Assembly (NCBI RefSeq): GCF_026151205.1
Contig: NC_087073.1
Coordinates: 19,292,658-19,356,657, forward strand
DNA: 64,000 bases
Direction of reading: 5' to 3'
Source: Bolinopsis microptera
Lineage: Eukaryota
This document shows, piece after piece, positions 50,309 to 63,889 of this stretch; the stretch's first letter is position 1, and each line of letters begins with the position of its first letter. A program made the position numbers and the translations under genes. The notes beneath the pieces are model-generated. The model did no database searches, was not told the origin of the DNA, and saw nothing but the letters and a program-made list of their open reading frames with translations.

Positions 50309-51109
50309 ATCGATTGGTGATAGTGGGAAGTGTTGAAAATGGGGTTAACCCGGTTTTATTTTGAAAAAACCGATTTTTGGCCCTAAAAATGGCCATTTTT
50401 TGAGGTTTTTTAGAAATTTCGACAGGTTAATTCAATGGAAAAGCTTAGATATTTTGGTTTCTTGTACATTTTTATTTGCCGCACTAGCTAATACCAATAT
50501 AATAAGCACACACAAGAGTTAACCCGGTCAAAATTTTAAAAAACCTCCCAAAAAAACTGTTTTTTTGCGCGCTAAATTTTTTCGGCTCTTTATGCACCCA
50601 CAATGAAATATTTTTGCCCACAAAGTGTTTTAATACTGTTCAATAATACTATTTGATAGTTTTTCAGCGTCAAAACAAGTTTTGAAAGCGGAAGAAAAAA
50701 TTATATTTTTCGTGGAGCTGAGCACTTTGAAAATTTTTGAATAAAATCGAGCGCTACCGTAAAATTTTAGTAACCCTTCCCTGAAACTCATTTAAGTTTT
50801 TGTACCGTTAGTGTTTTGTCCTTTTCTGAAGCTCATGCCTTCTCTGGCTTAATTTCATTTAATATTGTTTAATACAGTACAGTAAAGTGTTTTATAATAG
50901 TAGAGTGCCATTTCTAATACTTCAATGTTATATTGTTGAGATACCTTTACTTGGCTGATATCCTTCTGTTAATACAATTTCACAAATTTAGTATTGCATT
51001 GCTTATATGACTATTTGGATTTATAATTTATCGATTGTGGGTATGAATAAACTTTTGGTTCACAATCAACAATATAATGTCTACTGTGTGGTACCCTTAC
51101 AAGATTAAT

Positions 51110-51560
51110 TATAGATCTTTTGAAAGGAATGCCTGACTTGAACCCCCTCATCCATCACTCATTCAGTGTTGCCTGTTGGATATGGAGGAAATCTACACCA
51201 CTGATATTGTAAAGGCACTCTTCAGTACACATAAAATAGAGCACGGTGAATAATATAGATGAGTTACTGCTATCTTCTCAATGCAATTTTGAATACATGT
51301 CAGGAACACCTGACTTAAACCCCCTCATCCAAAACTCATTCAGTGTTGCCTGTTGGATATGGAGGAAATCTACACCACAAAGTGGAATATTGTAAAGGCA
51401 CTCTTCAGTACACATAAAATAGAGCACGGTGAATAATATAGATTAGTTGCTGCTATCTTCTTAACATGATTTTGAATTTATAAATAGTAGTAGAGTAAAT
51501 GTCAGGAATGCCTGACTTAAACCCCCTCATCCATCACTAATTTCGAATAAATGTATAGAT
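51110..51560. repeat. About 190-bp tandem repeat, about 2.3 units
   Basis: Repeated ggaa(t/c)(g/a)cctgacttaaaccccctcatcca...gtaaaggcactcttcagtacacataaaatagagcacggtgaataatatagat. Confidence 0.7.
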
Positions 51561-52289
51561 GCTGCATTGAATTCATGAAGATATCATTCGTTTTGAGCAA
51601 TCATTCCCTTAGCTCCCCCGTTTTTTGATTGTTTCAAAGAAGTAGTCAAATTACAATATGTATTGTTTAGTTACATCTATTGCCAAGTTATTTAAGCCAT
51701 TTCATCTCTAGTAGATTCAAATAATTTCTGTAATTCTGAATTATGTTGCTGAACAAACTTGACAATCACCATTAGAAAGAAGGTGACATGTTTATGGACC
51801 CAGAACTAGCTAAGACAGTTCTCTGTGTACATGCGGATCACTTCAAGAATCTTCTTGATGAAAGAAGCTTGTGTCGTTTGTTGAAAGACTTCAATCCGCT
51901 CACAGCCATGCAGATTAAGAAGAATTTAGATCGACATTATTTTGATAACAATGAAAACTCAAATGGTTTGATTTTTAGCTAAATTACCATAATTATTATA
52001 ATTAATTAAATACAGGCTGACAATGTTTCATTTCGAAAACTGTATCTGAATAAAGTAATTTTAACTGAATCTTAAGCTGTTCAAACAGCTTTTTTAGATG
52101 ATGTTATCGATGCTGTATAAGTTGAAACCTTTTGATGATGAGAGGTACATGAACAAACCTACACTAAACAATACTACATTCCAGCTTGGAACGAAATGAG
52201 TGGAGTTGAACGACGCCCTGTTTATCGAAACTACATCAATCAACTTTTCAACTATGCAGGTTATTAATGAAATGAAATGAAATACTATT

Positions 52290-52650
52290 ACTTTGTCGGA
52301 ACTAAGTCCGATCTACGCCAGATAACCCCCTCCATATATCCCTGTCCCGCATCAGGGTTCACAGTTCCTCAATCCTCTTTTGAGTTTGTCCCAATTTCCT
52401 TCAGTAACATAGACAAGTAGCTTTGTCTTGGTCGGCCTTGCTGTGCTCTACCATGCATAGGTTTCCATAAGACTAAATCACTGGCAAGTAGCTCAGGATG
52501 TCTGATGCAGTGTCCCGCCATTTTTAGTCTCCTGCTTCGTAACTTGTTTGACAGCCTTGGCTTGGTAGACTACCATACAAAGTTATATTGCTGACCTTGT
52601 CCTTCCATGAGATACCCAGCACCATGCGTAGCATCTTTGTGTATGTCCCG
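52290..52650 (-). mobile_element. LINE ORF2 3'-terminal fragment
   Basis: The minus strand encodes YTKMLRMVLGISWKDKVSNITLYGSLP and later GNWDKLKRGLRNCEPDAGQGYMEGVIWRRSDL, with stops. It is collinear with the ORF1 at 53190-53697 and may be an internally deleted LINE copy. Confidence 0.55.
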
Positions 52651-53189
52651 TCCAATACAAATGAAATAAATTATTTTTATCCCGCTTATAACAACAATCA
52701 AAATTTAAAACTTATGGACGTATATCACTCATTATTATGTATCACTCTCTAACATCTTCTCCTCACTACAAATATTACCACTTCTGATATAATAATGTTT
52801 TTTTTGTGTCTTCTTTGGCTCAGGCATGGCTCCAGCTCAAAATCTTTGGGTGGGTGCAGCTTGGCGCACAGCGGGGGGGATTTTACTCTCCTAAACGTAT
52901 TTTAATATCTCCAAAACAGTCTCAATTGATTACAGAAGTCAATTGACCCTTAGTTTATACAAAATTGGACAATTTTTGTGTGAACATTTTCAAATCGTTT
53001 GGGTGGGTGCAACATCCTTTGGGTGGGTGCGCACCCACCCGAAACTACACGGTGGAGCCATGCCTGCTTTGGCTATCTGTTTCATTTCCAAGACCAACCG
53101 CTGATGGATAGCTCGATCTTCAGGTGATCGATCTGGAGAGATGAAAACAGTCTTATGATCTTCACACAGTCTCAGCTTTTTGGCATTTA

Positions 53190-53697
53190 CTAATATCTGA
53201 TGAACGGTAAGTTAGAATTACCTAGCGAAACTTTGACTGGTCTCGTCTTGTTGGCTGATTTTCTCCCAACCCAGATAGCTTCAAAATGCGGTTTTTCTTC
53301 AATCTGCTGAAAAATCACGGTAACTTTATTGCACAGTTCCTCTTCATCAGTCTCCTTCAAACCAAAGATGAGCACATTCCTACTGCGATCCTCTTCCGAT
53401 ACAGCATTCTGTACAACCTTTTTTAAACTCTCTTCTGCAAGCACAGGTGTATTTTTAGTCACAGCTTGACTGTATGACTTCATCTCAGCTTGGACAGTGT
53501 CTTGAACGGCGGTCTTGACGGTGGAGTGCCGAGTGCACAGATTCCAACTGCTTTGATTTAGTTTCCAGAAGTTCAGCCTGCAGCTTGATAACAGTACTTT
53601 GCGATCGGATAAGATCGCTCTTCAACTCCTCCATATCTTTCTTGTTATCCAGAAACGTACTTACATGATTATCGGTAGTCTGATACGCAGAATACAA
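53190..53697 (-). mobile_element. L1-type ORF1 remnant, split by a frameshift
   Basis: ORF 53485-53697 is a coiled coil (KLQAELLETKSKQLESV). ORF 53190-53483 carries EEDRSRNVLIFGLKETDEEEL...RPVKVSLGNSNL, homologous to ORF1 at 34732-35751. Confidence 0.55.
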
Positions 53698-54590
53698 ATT
53701 ACAAATGTTTTACTGAAACTGACTTCACTGGCTTTTTGAACGTTTCAACTGAAAACTCAGATTTATTGTCACTAACAGTTCGTAGCTTCCGCGAGTTCAG
53801 TGATCCAACCGTTATAGACCTCATACTCTTCAGTAATGTAGGTAGAATAAACTGACAATCTTTGAAGAGTATCCATTTCCTCCATCGTTTACTTGTACTT
53901 GTATAAAGTAAAAACACAGTACCAGCAAAATGGCAGTTGTAATGTAGCGATAAAATAGAGATAAGAGCTAGATTATCAACACATAACAAAAACTGTAAAA
54001 CTGTATCATAATATTATTATGCTTTTAACATCATCTGTTGTGATATACATGACAAAGGGTTGGAAACGTACAGTAACCTTACTACATGTATATTGCAATT
54101 ACACAATATTATGTGAACGACTCCTAACCCCTTATAGGCTCTATAAGTATTGAATAATGATAACTGCAGGGTTTCAAAATGTACAAGGCATCATATCAAA
54201 GATTGCATATGCCCGAAAGAAGGACAAATCCAATCTCTGGATGTATGGAAAGCTGTCAACCTTCCAGAAAAGGACTGTTCAAAGGAACACTTAAATCCCT
54301 CCGACAGGTAATTATTATAAATAATAATTTAGTCTTCATTATGTCAAATCACCTACTATAATGAAGAACTAAAATTGTTGTATTAACCAAGTTTAATGTG
54401 ACTCAATTTTGGTGGAACTTTAGAATTTGGACGTTATATCTATCATGTTCATCTTAAATCTCATATTATATACTCAATATTCAATTAAACAGACAAAGAT
54501 AACCTCTCTAGGCCCTCTGGTGGTGACGTATAAGTGCTTTCTCAGTACTTTCTCTCGCTTTTGGACAAATCCAGTGAGTTAACTTTTTAT

Positions 54591-54765
54591 CAGTGGTCGA
54601 CCGGGGGCAGGATTCTGACCGGGGCCGGGGAGCCCCAATATGGCCGGGGCTGACCACTGAGAATTGGCCGGGGCCGGGGTTTACCCCCGGCGAATTGCCA
54701 ATTTTTGGCCGGGGCCGGGAAGGGCGGGGGGTTGTGATTTTGGCCGGGGCACCGGGCGACCACTG
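54591..54765. mobile_element. hAT-type MITE (175 bp) with perfect 8-bp TSD CTTTTTAT
   Basis: TSD at 54583-54590 and 54766-54773. TIRs CAGTGGTCGACCGG and the reverse complement of CCGGGCGACCACTG (14/15 match; the CAGTG start is typical of hAT). The interior is GC-rich with GGCCGGGGCCGGG repeats. This accounts for ORF 54593-54787. Confidence 0.8.
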
Positions 54766-55051
54766 CTTTTTATGTCACGATTTTTAAAACTTTATTCATA
54801 AGTTTATGAAACATCAAAACTTTGCATGCTCTGCATTATGTAAAGTCAATCATGCACTAGAGCACAGTTCACTGTAATATGCTAGAGTGATTTATACTCA
54901 ATAGCTATGTGAAAAGTGGCTCAAGGAGGGGAGACCGACGTAAACAATTTTGAATTGGTAGAAGTTAAGTTTAGGCTTTAATGAAAAACTATTTAAAGAA
55001 TATCATTCTTTTACCACAGACATAAGACTTTGCCGTAGGGTATACAAAAAT

Positions 55052-55517
55052 GTGACCATTCATCAATTTTTAGAGTGCTGTATCTGTACCCGAATAGAAA
55101 TAAAGGATTTTAATGAAACAGTTTTCTTCCGCTCTGAAAGTGAACGAATGACAAAACAGTCTAGAAAATTCCTCGCCCTGCTGCAGAAGATCAATCCTGG
55201 GTTGTGCTCACCAAATCAAACCTCTTTTTTGTGTATTCAGTGTCTTAACTATGTAAAAGACAACTATAACAGGGTGAGTGGTTTCCTCCTGTTTTACTAA
55301 CATTTAAAAACATTATTATTCAAAGGTAAATAGACAGCGAGTAGTAATTTTCAATCCATTTCTATCGGATTTGCAAACTTTTAAAATGATATAACACTTG
55401 TACGATCTCAAACTTATGTGATATGATACTGTTGATATAAACGTGGTAAGTAATAAAGTATTTGCAGGTGTACAGTGCTGTTTCTGAAATTGACGAATCC
55501 TCTTGTGATGAAGATTG
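55052..55517 (+). CDS. Candidate small two-exon gene encoding a Cys-rich (CxxC...CxxC) peptide of about 90 aa, function unknown
   Basis: Exon 55052-about 55276 (MTIHQFLECCICTR...FLCIQCLNYVKDNYNR) ends at the donor GTGAGT. A candidate acceptor tttgcag at 55466 gives VYSAVSEIDESSCDED and a stop. No homology recognised. Confidence 0.25.
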
Positions 55518-56732
55518 AAGAAGCTATTGCCATCCAAGTGGAAAAAGTCCCGCCTTTGTCACCCTCCTCGAATAGAACTTAGAAAATGTGGAGACTTTCT
55601 TCATTTAGTTCCCAATCAAGTGGACCAGATGTTGATTTGTTTGAAATGGACTGAGACTTGTGTTTCATATGCCAGGTTGAACAGGTTTGTGTGACACTTT
55701 TGCTCGCAAATATAATTATTATGTAACATATTATCTCGATTTAATTTTAAGAGTATCAGAGGTTATTCTTCTTTAACAATACGAATTTCCCTAGATAAGA
55801 CGTTAGAAACGAAAAAGGATAGTCTGATTCAAGGAAAAGATAAAAGTTTCTTCGTCGATTTCGCAACATACTATCTGTGGACATCTACAGAAATCGTCAG
55901 GATCTGTGCAACATCGATGTTAATCCTGATTCGCACATGACCAAGTGCCCTGTTCTTAACCCTGAGAGTCTCGGAAAATATCTCTATAGCAAGCTAGGTA
56001 GATATCACAAAACATGTCGTTTGAGGTACAGCAACTCGAGGGTGAAACAATTGAAGGGTAAATTATCTGAAGCTGTAAGTTTAAAACCTGTCTCTAAGGC
56101 AGGTTTTTAAATGGAAAGACACGTGTCCACGCACGACAACACCAATGCTGCATTAATGAGTGCAGGTATTGACGCTGTACGGACCTTTTAACTGGAGCAG
56201 GAGAATGTTTTACCAGAACTGTACCTCGTGTCTGACCCGAAGCTTAAGTACAATGACTATGTGACGTCTAATTTATCTGAGAACGCTGCAAACTCCAGCA
56301 ATGTTTAATCTGATCACATCAGTTTTCAGAAAGACAATGTCGGTAAGACGAGTTTGTTTCGACATCTAATCTTGCCGCAACAATAGATGCGGATAGAGAT
56401 GATAACACTTTAACAAAGACAGCACTCATAAAGGAGATTAGAAAAGAAATCTTTCAATGTAGAAACGAATTCTATCAGCTATGTTCGATTTACTGATCGG
56501 TGGCATCTGTAGAAATATAGTGTTTATGTGGATTAATCTGTTAAAGCAGGGCTATTGTATCATTTTAACATTAACTTTGCATAGTGATGATACTTTTATT
56601 GTGTCTCTTGTGATTATCTATTTCTAAGTTTCTACAGTGTTACGGTACCACGAGGTTTCTGGCACAGTGACGCGCTTTTGAGCAAATATCGTGCTAGATA
56701 AGTCACGCGCCGCGAGGGCTACTTGAGAGCGT

Positions 56733-59700
56733 TTTGCCGGATTTTTGCCGGATTTTTGCCGGATTCTTGAATAACGGAAAATTGTATTGATAAATGTTCT
56801 TTAAACTCTTCAAATAGTTAGAGCACTATAATACGGTCAATTTCAGGGAGTATAAAAAAATTTCTTCGTCTGTGAGTGGAGATACAAGGTCAAACACAAG
56901 AAAATATCTTCATTTGGCCAGAATTTTTGCCGGATTCTTGAATAACGGAAAATTGTATTGATAAATGTTCTTTAAACTCTTCAAATAGTTAGAGCACTAT
57001 AATACGGTCAATTTCAGGGAGTATAAAAAAATTTCTTCGTCTGTGAGTGGAGATACAAGGTCAAACACAAGAAAATATCTTCATTTGGCCAGAATTTTTG
57101 CCGGATTCTTGAATAACGGAAAATTGTATTGATAAATGTTCTTTAAACTCTTCAAATAGTTAGAGCACTATAATACGGTCAATTTCAGGGAGTATAAAAA
57201 AATTTCTTCGTCTGTGAGTGGAGATACAAGGTCAAACACAAGAAAATATCTTCATTTGGCCAGAATTTTTGCCGGATTCTTGAATAACGGAAAATTGTAT
57301 TGATAAATGTTCTTTAAACTCTTCAAATAGTTAGAGCACTATAATACGGTCAATTTCAGGGAGTATAAAAAAATTTCTTCGTCTGTGAGTGGAGATACAA
57401 GGTCAAACACAAGAAAATATCTTCATTTGGCCAGAATTTTTGCCGGATTCTTGAATAACGGAAAATTGTATTGATAAATGTTCTTTAAACTCTTCAAATA
57501 GTTAGAGCACTATAATACGGTCAATTTCAGGGAGTATAAAAAAATTTCTTCGTCTGTGAGTGGAGATACAAGGTCAAACACAAGAAAATATCTTCATTTG
57601 GCCAGAATTTTTGCCGGATTCTTGAATAACGGAAAATTGTATTGATAAATGTTCTTTAAACTCTTCAAATAGTTAGAGCACTATAATACGGTCAATTTCA
57701 GGGAGTATAAAAAAATTTCTTCGTCTGTGAGTGGAGATACAAGGTCAAACACAAGATAATATCTTCATTTGGCCAGAATTTTTGCCGGATTCTTGAATAA
57801 CGGAAAATTGTATTGATAAATGTCCTTTAAACTCTTCAAATAGTTAGAGCACTATAATACGGTCAATTTCAGGGAGTATAAAAAAATTTCTTCGTCTGTG
57901 AGTGGAGATACAAGGTCAAACACAAGAAAATATCTTCATTTGGCCAGAATTTTTGCCGGATTCTTGAAGAACGGAAAATTGTATTGATAAATGTTCTTTA
58001 AACTCTTCAAATAGTTAGAACATTATAATACAGTCAATTTCAGGGAGTATAAAAAAATTTCTTCGTCTGTGAGTGGAGATACAAGGTCAAACACAAGAAA
58101 ATATCTTCATTTGGCCAGAATTTTTGCCGGATTCTTGAATAACGGAAAATTGTATTGATAAATGTCCTTTAAACTCTTCAAATAGTTAGAGCACTATAAT
58201 ACGGTCAATTTCAGGGAGTATAAAAAAATTTCTTCGTCTGTGAGTGGAGATACAAGGTCAAACACAAGAAAATATCTTCATTTGGCCAGAATTTTTGCCG
58301 GATTCTTGAATAACGGAAAATTGTATTGATAAATGTCCTTTAAACTCTTCAAATAGTTAGAGCACTATAATACAGTCAATTTCAGGGAGTATAAAAAAAT
58401 TTCTTCGTCTGTGAGTGGAGATACAAGGTCAAACACAAGAAAATATCTTCATTTGGCCAGAATTTTTGCCGGATTCTTGAATAACGGAAAATTGTATTGA
58501 TAAATGTTCTTTAAACTCTTCAAATAGTTAGAGCACTATAATACGGTCAATTTCAGGGAGTATAAAAAATTTCTTCGTCTGTGAGTGGAGATACAAGGTC
58601 AAACACAAGAAAATATCTTCATTTGGCCAGAATTTTTGCCGGATTCTTGAATAACGGAAAATTGTATTGATAAATGTTCTTTAAACTCTTCAAATAGTTA
58701 GAGCACTATAATACGGTCAATTTCAGGGAGTATAAAAAAATTTCTTCGTCTGTGAGTGGAGATACAAGGTCAAACACAAGAAAATATCTTCATTTGGCCA
58801 GAATTTTTGCCGGATTCTTGAATAACGGAAAATTGTATTGATAAATGTTCTTTAAACTCTTCAAATAGTTAGAGCACTATAATACGGTCAATTTCAGGGA
58901 GTATAAAAAAATTTCTTCGTCTGTGAGTGGAGATACAAGGTCAAACACAAGAAAATATCTTCATTTGGCCAGAATTTTTGCCGGATTCTTGAATAACGGA
59001 AAATTGTATTGATAAATGTTCTTTAAACTCTTCAAATAGTTAGAGCACTATAATACGGTCAATTTCAGGGAGTATAAAAAAATTTCTTCGTCTGTGAGTG
59101 GAGATACAAGGTCAAACACAAGAAAATATCTTCATTTGGCCAGAATTTTTGCCGGATTCTTGAATAACGGAAAATTGTATTGATAAATGTTCTTTAAACT
59201 CTTCAAATAGTTAGAGCACTATAATACGGTCAATTTCAGGGAGTATAAAAAAATTTCTTCGTCTGTGAGTGGAGATACAAGGTCAAACACAAGAAAATAT
59301 CTTCATTTGGCCAGAATTTTTGCCGGATTCTTGAATAACGGAAAATTGTATTGATAAATGTTCTTTAAACTCTTCAAATAGTTAGAGCACTATAATACGG
59401 TCAATTTCAGGGAGTATAAAAAAATTTCTTCGTCTGTGAGTGGAGATACAAGGTCAAACACAAGAAAATATCTTCATTTGGCCAGAATTTTTGCCGGATT
59501 CTTGAATAACGGAAAATTGTATTGATAAATGTTCTTTAAACTCTTCAAATAGTTAGAGCACTATAATACGGTCAATTTCAGGGAGTATAAAAAAATTTCT
59601 TCGTCTGTGAGTGGAGATACAAGGTCAAACACAAGAAAATATCTTCATTTGGCCAGAATTTTTGCCGGATTCTTGAATAACGGAAAATTGTATTGATAAA

Positions 59701-62700
59701 TGTTCTTTAAACTCTTCAAATAGTTAGAGCACTATAATACGGTCAATTTCAGGGAGTATAAAAAAATTTCTTCGTCTGTGAGTGGAGATACAAGGTCAAA
59801 CACAAGAAAATATCTTCATTTGGCCAGAATTTTTGCCGGATTCTTGAATAACGGAAAATTGTATTGATAAATGTTCTTTAAACTCTTCAAATAGTTAGAG
59901 CACTATAATACGGTCAATTTCAGGGAGTATAAAAAAATTTCTTCGTCTGTGAGTGGAGATACAAGGTCAAACACAAGAAAATATCTTCATTTGGCCAGAA
60001 TTTTTGCCGGATTCTTGAATAACGGAAAATTGTATTGATAAATGTTCTTTAAACTCTTCAAATAGTTAGAGCACTATAATACGGTCAATTTCAGGGAGTA
60101 TAAAAAAATTTCTTCGTCTGTGAGTGGAGATACAAGGTCAAACACAAGAAAATATCTTCATTTGGCCAGAATTTTTGCCGGATTCTTGAATAACGGAAAA
60201 TTGTATTGATAAATGTTCTTTAAACTCTTCAAATAGTTAGAGCACTATAATACGGTCAATTTCAGGGAGTATAAAAAAATTTCTTCGTCTGTGAGTGGAG
60301 ATACAAGGTCAAACACAAGAAAATATCTTCATTTGGCCAGAATTTTTGCCGGATTCTTGAATAACGGAAAATTGTATTGATAAATGTTCTTTAAACTCTT
60401 CAAATAGTTAGAGCACTATAATACGGTCAATTTCAGGGAGTATAAAAAAATTTCTTCGTCTGTGAGTGGAGATACAAGGTCAAACACAAGAAAATATCTT
60501 CATTTGGCCAGAATTTTTGCCGGATTCTTGAATAACGGAAAATTGTATTGATAAATGTTCTTTAAACTCTTCAAATAGTTAGAGCACTATAATACGGTCA
60601 ATTTCAGGGAGTATAAAAAAATTTCTTCGTCTGTGAGTGGAGATACAAGGTCAAACACAAGAAAATATCTTCATTTGGCCAGAATTTTTGCCGGATTCTT
60701 GAATAACGGAAAATTGTATTGATAAATGTTCTTTAAACTCTTCAAATAGTTAGAGCACTATAATACGGTCAATTTCAGGGAGTATAAAAAAATTTCTTCG
60801 TCTGTGAGTGGAGATACAAGGTCAAACACAAGAAAATATCTTCATTTGGCCAGAATTTTTGCCGGATTCTTGAATAACGGAAAATTGTATTGATAAATGT
60901 CTTTAAACTCTTCAAATAGTTAGAGCACTATAATACGGTCAATTTCAGGGAGTATAAAAAAATTTCTTCGTCTGTGAGTGGAGATACAAGGTCAAACACA
61001 AGAAAATATCTTCATTTGGCCAGAATTTTTGCCGGATTCTTGAATAACGGAAAATTGTATTGATAAATGTTCTTTAAACTCTTCAAATAGTTAGAGCACT
61101 ATAATACGGTCAATTTCAGGGAGTATAAAAAAATTTCTTCGTCTGTGAGTGGAGATACAAGGTCAAACACAAGAAAATATCTTCATTTGGCCAGAATTTT
61201 TGCCGGATTCTTGAATAACGGAAAATTGTATTGATAAATGTTCTTTAAACTCTTCAAATAGTTAGAGCACTATAATACGGTCAATTTCAGGGAGTATAAA
61301 AAAATTTCTTCGTCTGTGAGTGGAGATACAAGGTCAAACACAAGAAAATATCTTCATTTGGCCAGAATTTTTGCCGGATTCTTGAATAACGGAAAATTGT
61401 ATTGATAAATGTTCTTTAAACTCTTCAAATAGTTAGAGCACTATAATACGGTCAATTTCAGGGAGTATAAAAAAATTTCTTCGTCTGTGAGTGGAGATAC
61501 AAGGTCAAACACAAGAAAATATCTTCATTTGGCCAGAATTTTTGCCGGATTCTTGAATAACGGAAAATTGTATTGATAAATGTTCTTTAAACTCTTCAAA
61601 TAGTTAGAGCACTATAATACGGTCAATTTCAGGGAGTATAAAAAAATTTCTTCGTCTGTGAGTGGAGATACAAGGTCAAACACAAGAAAATATCTTCATT
61701 TGGCCAGAATTTTTGCCGGATTCTTGAATAACGGAAAATTGTATTGATAAATGTTCTTTAAACTCTTCAAATAGTTAGAGCACTATAATACGGTCAATTT
61801 CAGGGAGTATAAAAAAATTTCTTCGTCTGTGAGTGGAGATACAAGGTCAAACACAAGAAAATATCTTCATTTGGCCAGAATTTTTGCCGGATTCTTGAAT
61901 AACGGAAAATTGTATTGATAAATGTTCTTTAAACTCTTCAAATAGTTAGAGCACTATAATACGGTCAATTTCAGGGAGTATAAAAAAATTTCTTCGTCTG
62001 TGAGTGGAGATACAAGGTCAAACACAAGAAAATATCTTCATTTGGCCAGAATTTTTGCCGGATTCTTGAATAACGGAAAATTGTATTGATAAATGTTCTT
62101 TAAACTCTTCAAATAGTTAGAGCACTATAATACGGTCAATTTCAGGGAGTATAAAAAAATTTCTTCGTCTGTGAGTGGAGATACAAGGTCAAACACAAGA
62201 AAATATCTTCATTTGGCCAGAATTTTTGCCGGATTCTTGAATAACGGAAAATTGTATTGATAAATGTTCTTTAAACTCTTCAAATAGTTAGAGCACTATA
62301 ATACGGTCAATTTCAGGGAGTATAAAAAAATTTCTTCGTCTGTGAGTGGAGATACAAGGTCAAACACAAGAAAATATCTTCATTTGGCCAGAATTTTTGC
62401 CGGATTCTTGAATAACGGAAAATTGTATTGATAAATGTTCTTTAAACTCTTCAAATAGTTAGAGCACTATAATACGGTCAATTTCAGGGAGTATAAAAAA
62501 ATTTCTTCGTCTGTGAGTGGAGATACAAGGTCAAACACAAGAAAATATCTTCATTTGGCCAGAATTTTTGCCGGATTCTTGAATAACGGAAAATTGTATT
62601 GATAAATGTTCTTTAAACTCTTCAAATAGTTAGAGCACTATAATACGGTCAATTTCAGGGAGTATAAAAAAATTTCTTCGTCTGTGAGTGGAGATACAAG

Positions 62701-63082
62701 GTCAAACACAAGAAAATATCTTCATTTGGCCAGAATTTTTGCCGGATTCTTGAATAACGGAAAATTGTATTGATAAATGTTCTTTAAACTCTTCAAATAG
62801 TTAGAGCACTATAATACGGTCAATTTCAGGGAGTATAAAAAAATTTCTTCGTCTGTGAGTGGAGATACAAGGTCAAACACAAGAAAATATCTTCATTTGG
62901 CCAGAATTTTTGCCGGATTCTTGAATAACGGAAAATTGTATTGATAAATGTTCTTTAAACTCTTCAAATAGTTAGAGCACTATAATACGGTCAATTTCAG
63001 GGAGTATAAAAAAATTTCTTCGTCTGTGAGTGGAGATACAAGGTCAAACACAAGAAAATATCTTCATTTGGCCAGAATTTTT
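56733..63082 (+). repeat. 171-bp satellite, about 37 highly homogeneous tandem units
   Basis: The period is measured directly, with GAATTTTTGCC at 56921, 57092 and 57263. Units differ by only scattered SNPs (for example gttct/gtcct and acggtc/acagtc). The array starts with a triplicated tttttgccggat and ends abruptly at ggccagaatttttt|agactt. Confidence 0.95.
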
Positions 63083-63889
63083 TAGACTTAAAAATTTAAA
63101 TTAATTTAAAACTAAATTTTCAAGCCACAAATTTTATTGCTGAAGCAGGAACCTACTGTGTAAATTTAATAAGTCTAACATGGTAATAGAGAGATGATAT
63201 AAAGTAGGACTTTCTGAACCGATCGTAGCTCGGTCGTGGGGATGAACATACTATGTAACATAATCTTCCAGGGTCTAATCAAGATGGAAGTTTGGGATCA
63301 TCTAATAACTCAGCAGGATCCATCCGCAGAGGACTTGGTATCGTACACCCCACTATACTGTCGAAGTCGGAAAAACCGGAACCCACGTAGACCTACAATG
63401 ATAATTTTCTGTGATCAGTAACTTCACAGATTACTATTTGGATTAAACTAGATTTAAAAGAAGTTAGACGATTGCTCATTTAACCAATTGGCAAAATAAA
63501 CGTTTTACAACTTCACATCAACATGAACATGAAAATGTTTCCAAGATTCAAAAAACATTGAATTCACTTTGAATAAAGACAAAAACCGTTCGGACTTACT
63601 TACTTCGGTGCAAATTGTGACAGTAAGTTCGAACACTGCGAATCTGTAAGCAGACCGAGTCTTTGTTAAGAGTTTGACAGTGAATTATTTGTCCTGCTAA
63701 ACAGATTCTGGCAGTGAGCTGGTTAAAGGGAGGTCACGTGTCAGAAACGCTGGCCAATTACAGACTATTACGTGGCAGTGCAGAGTGTCACACGACATAT
63801 GCATGTGCCAGTGTAGATGCAGATGGAGGAGCACGTGACTATAACGTGGTCTCTCATGCACATAGTGCTTCAAGTAAATTAGCTCCAGC

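Noticed and set aside
55877-56110. 77-aa ORF (MDIYRNRQDLCNIDVNPDSHMTKCPVLNPESLGKYLYSKLGRYHKTCRLRYSNSRV...)
   Set aside because: It might be an additional exon of the Cys-rich candidate gene at 55052. No splice continuity or homology could be established, so it is not reported as a feature.
56733-63082. Regular direct repeats that could superficially suggest a CRISPR array
   Set aside because: The units are 171 bp and contiguous with no unique spacers, and the locus is eukaryotic with spliced genes, LINEs and a TTAGGG tract. This is a satellite, not a CRISPR array.
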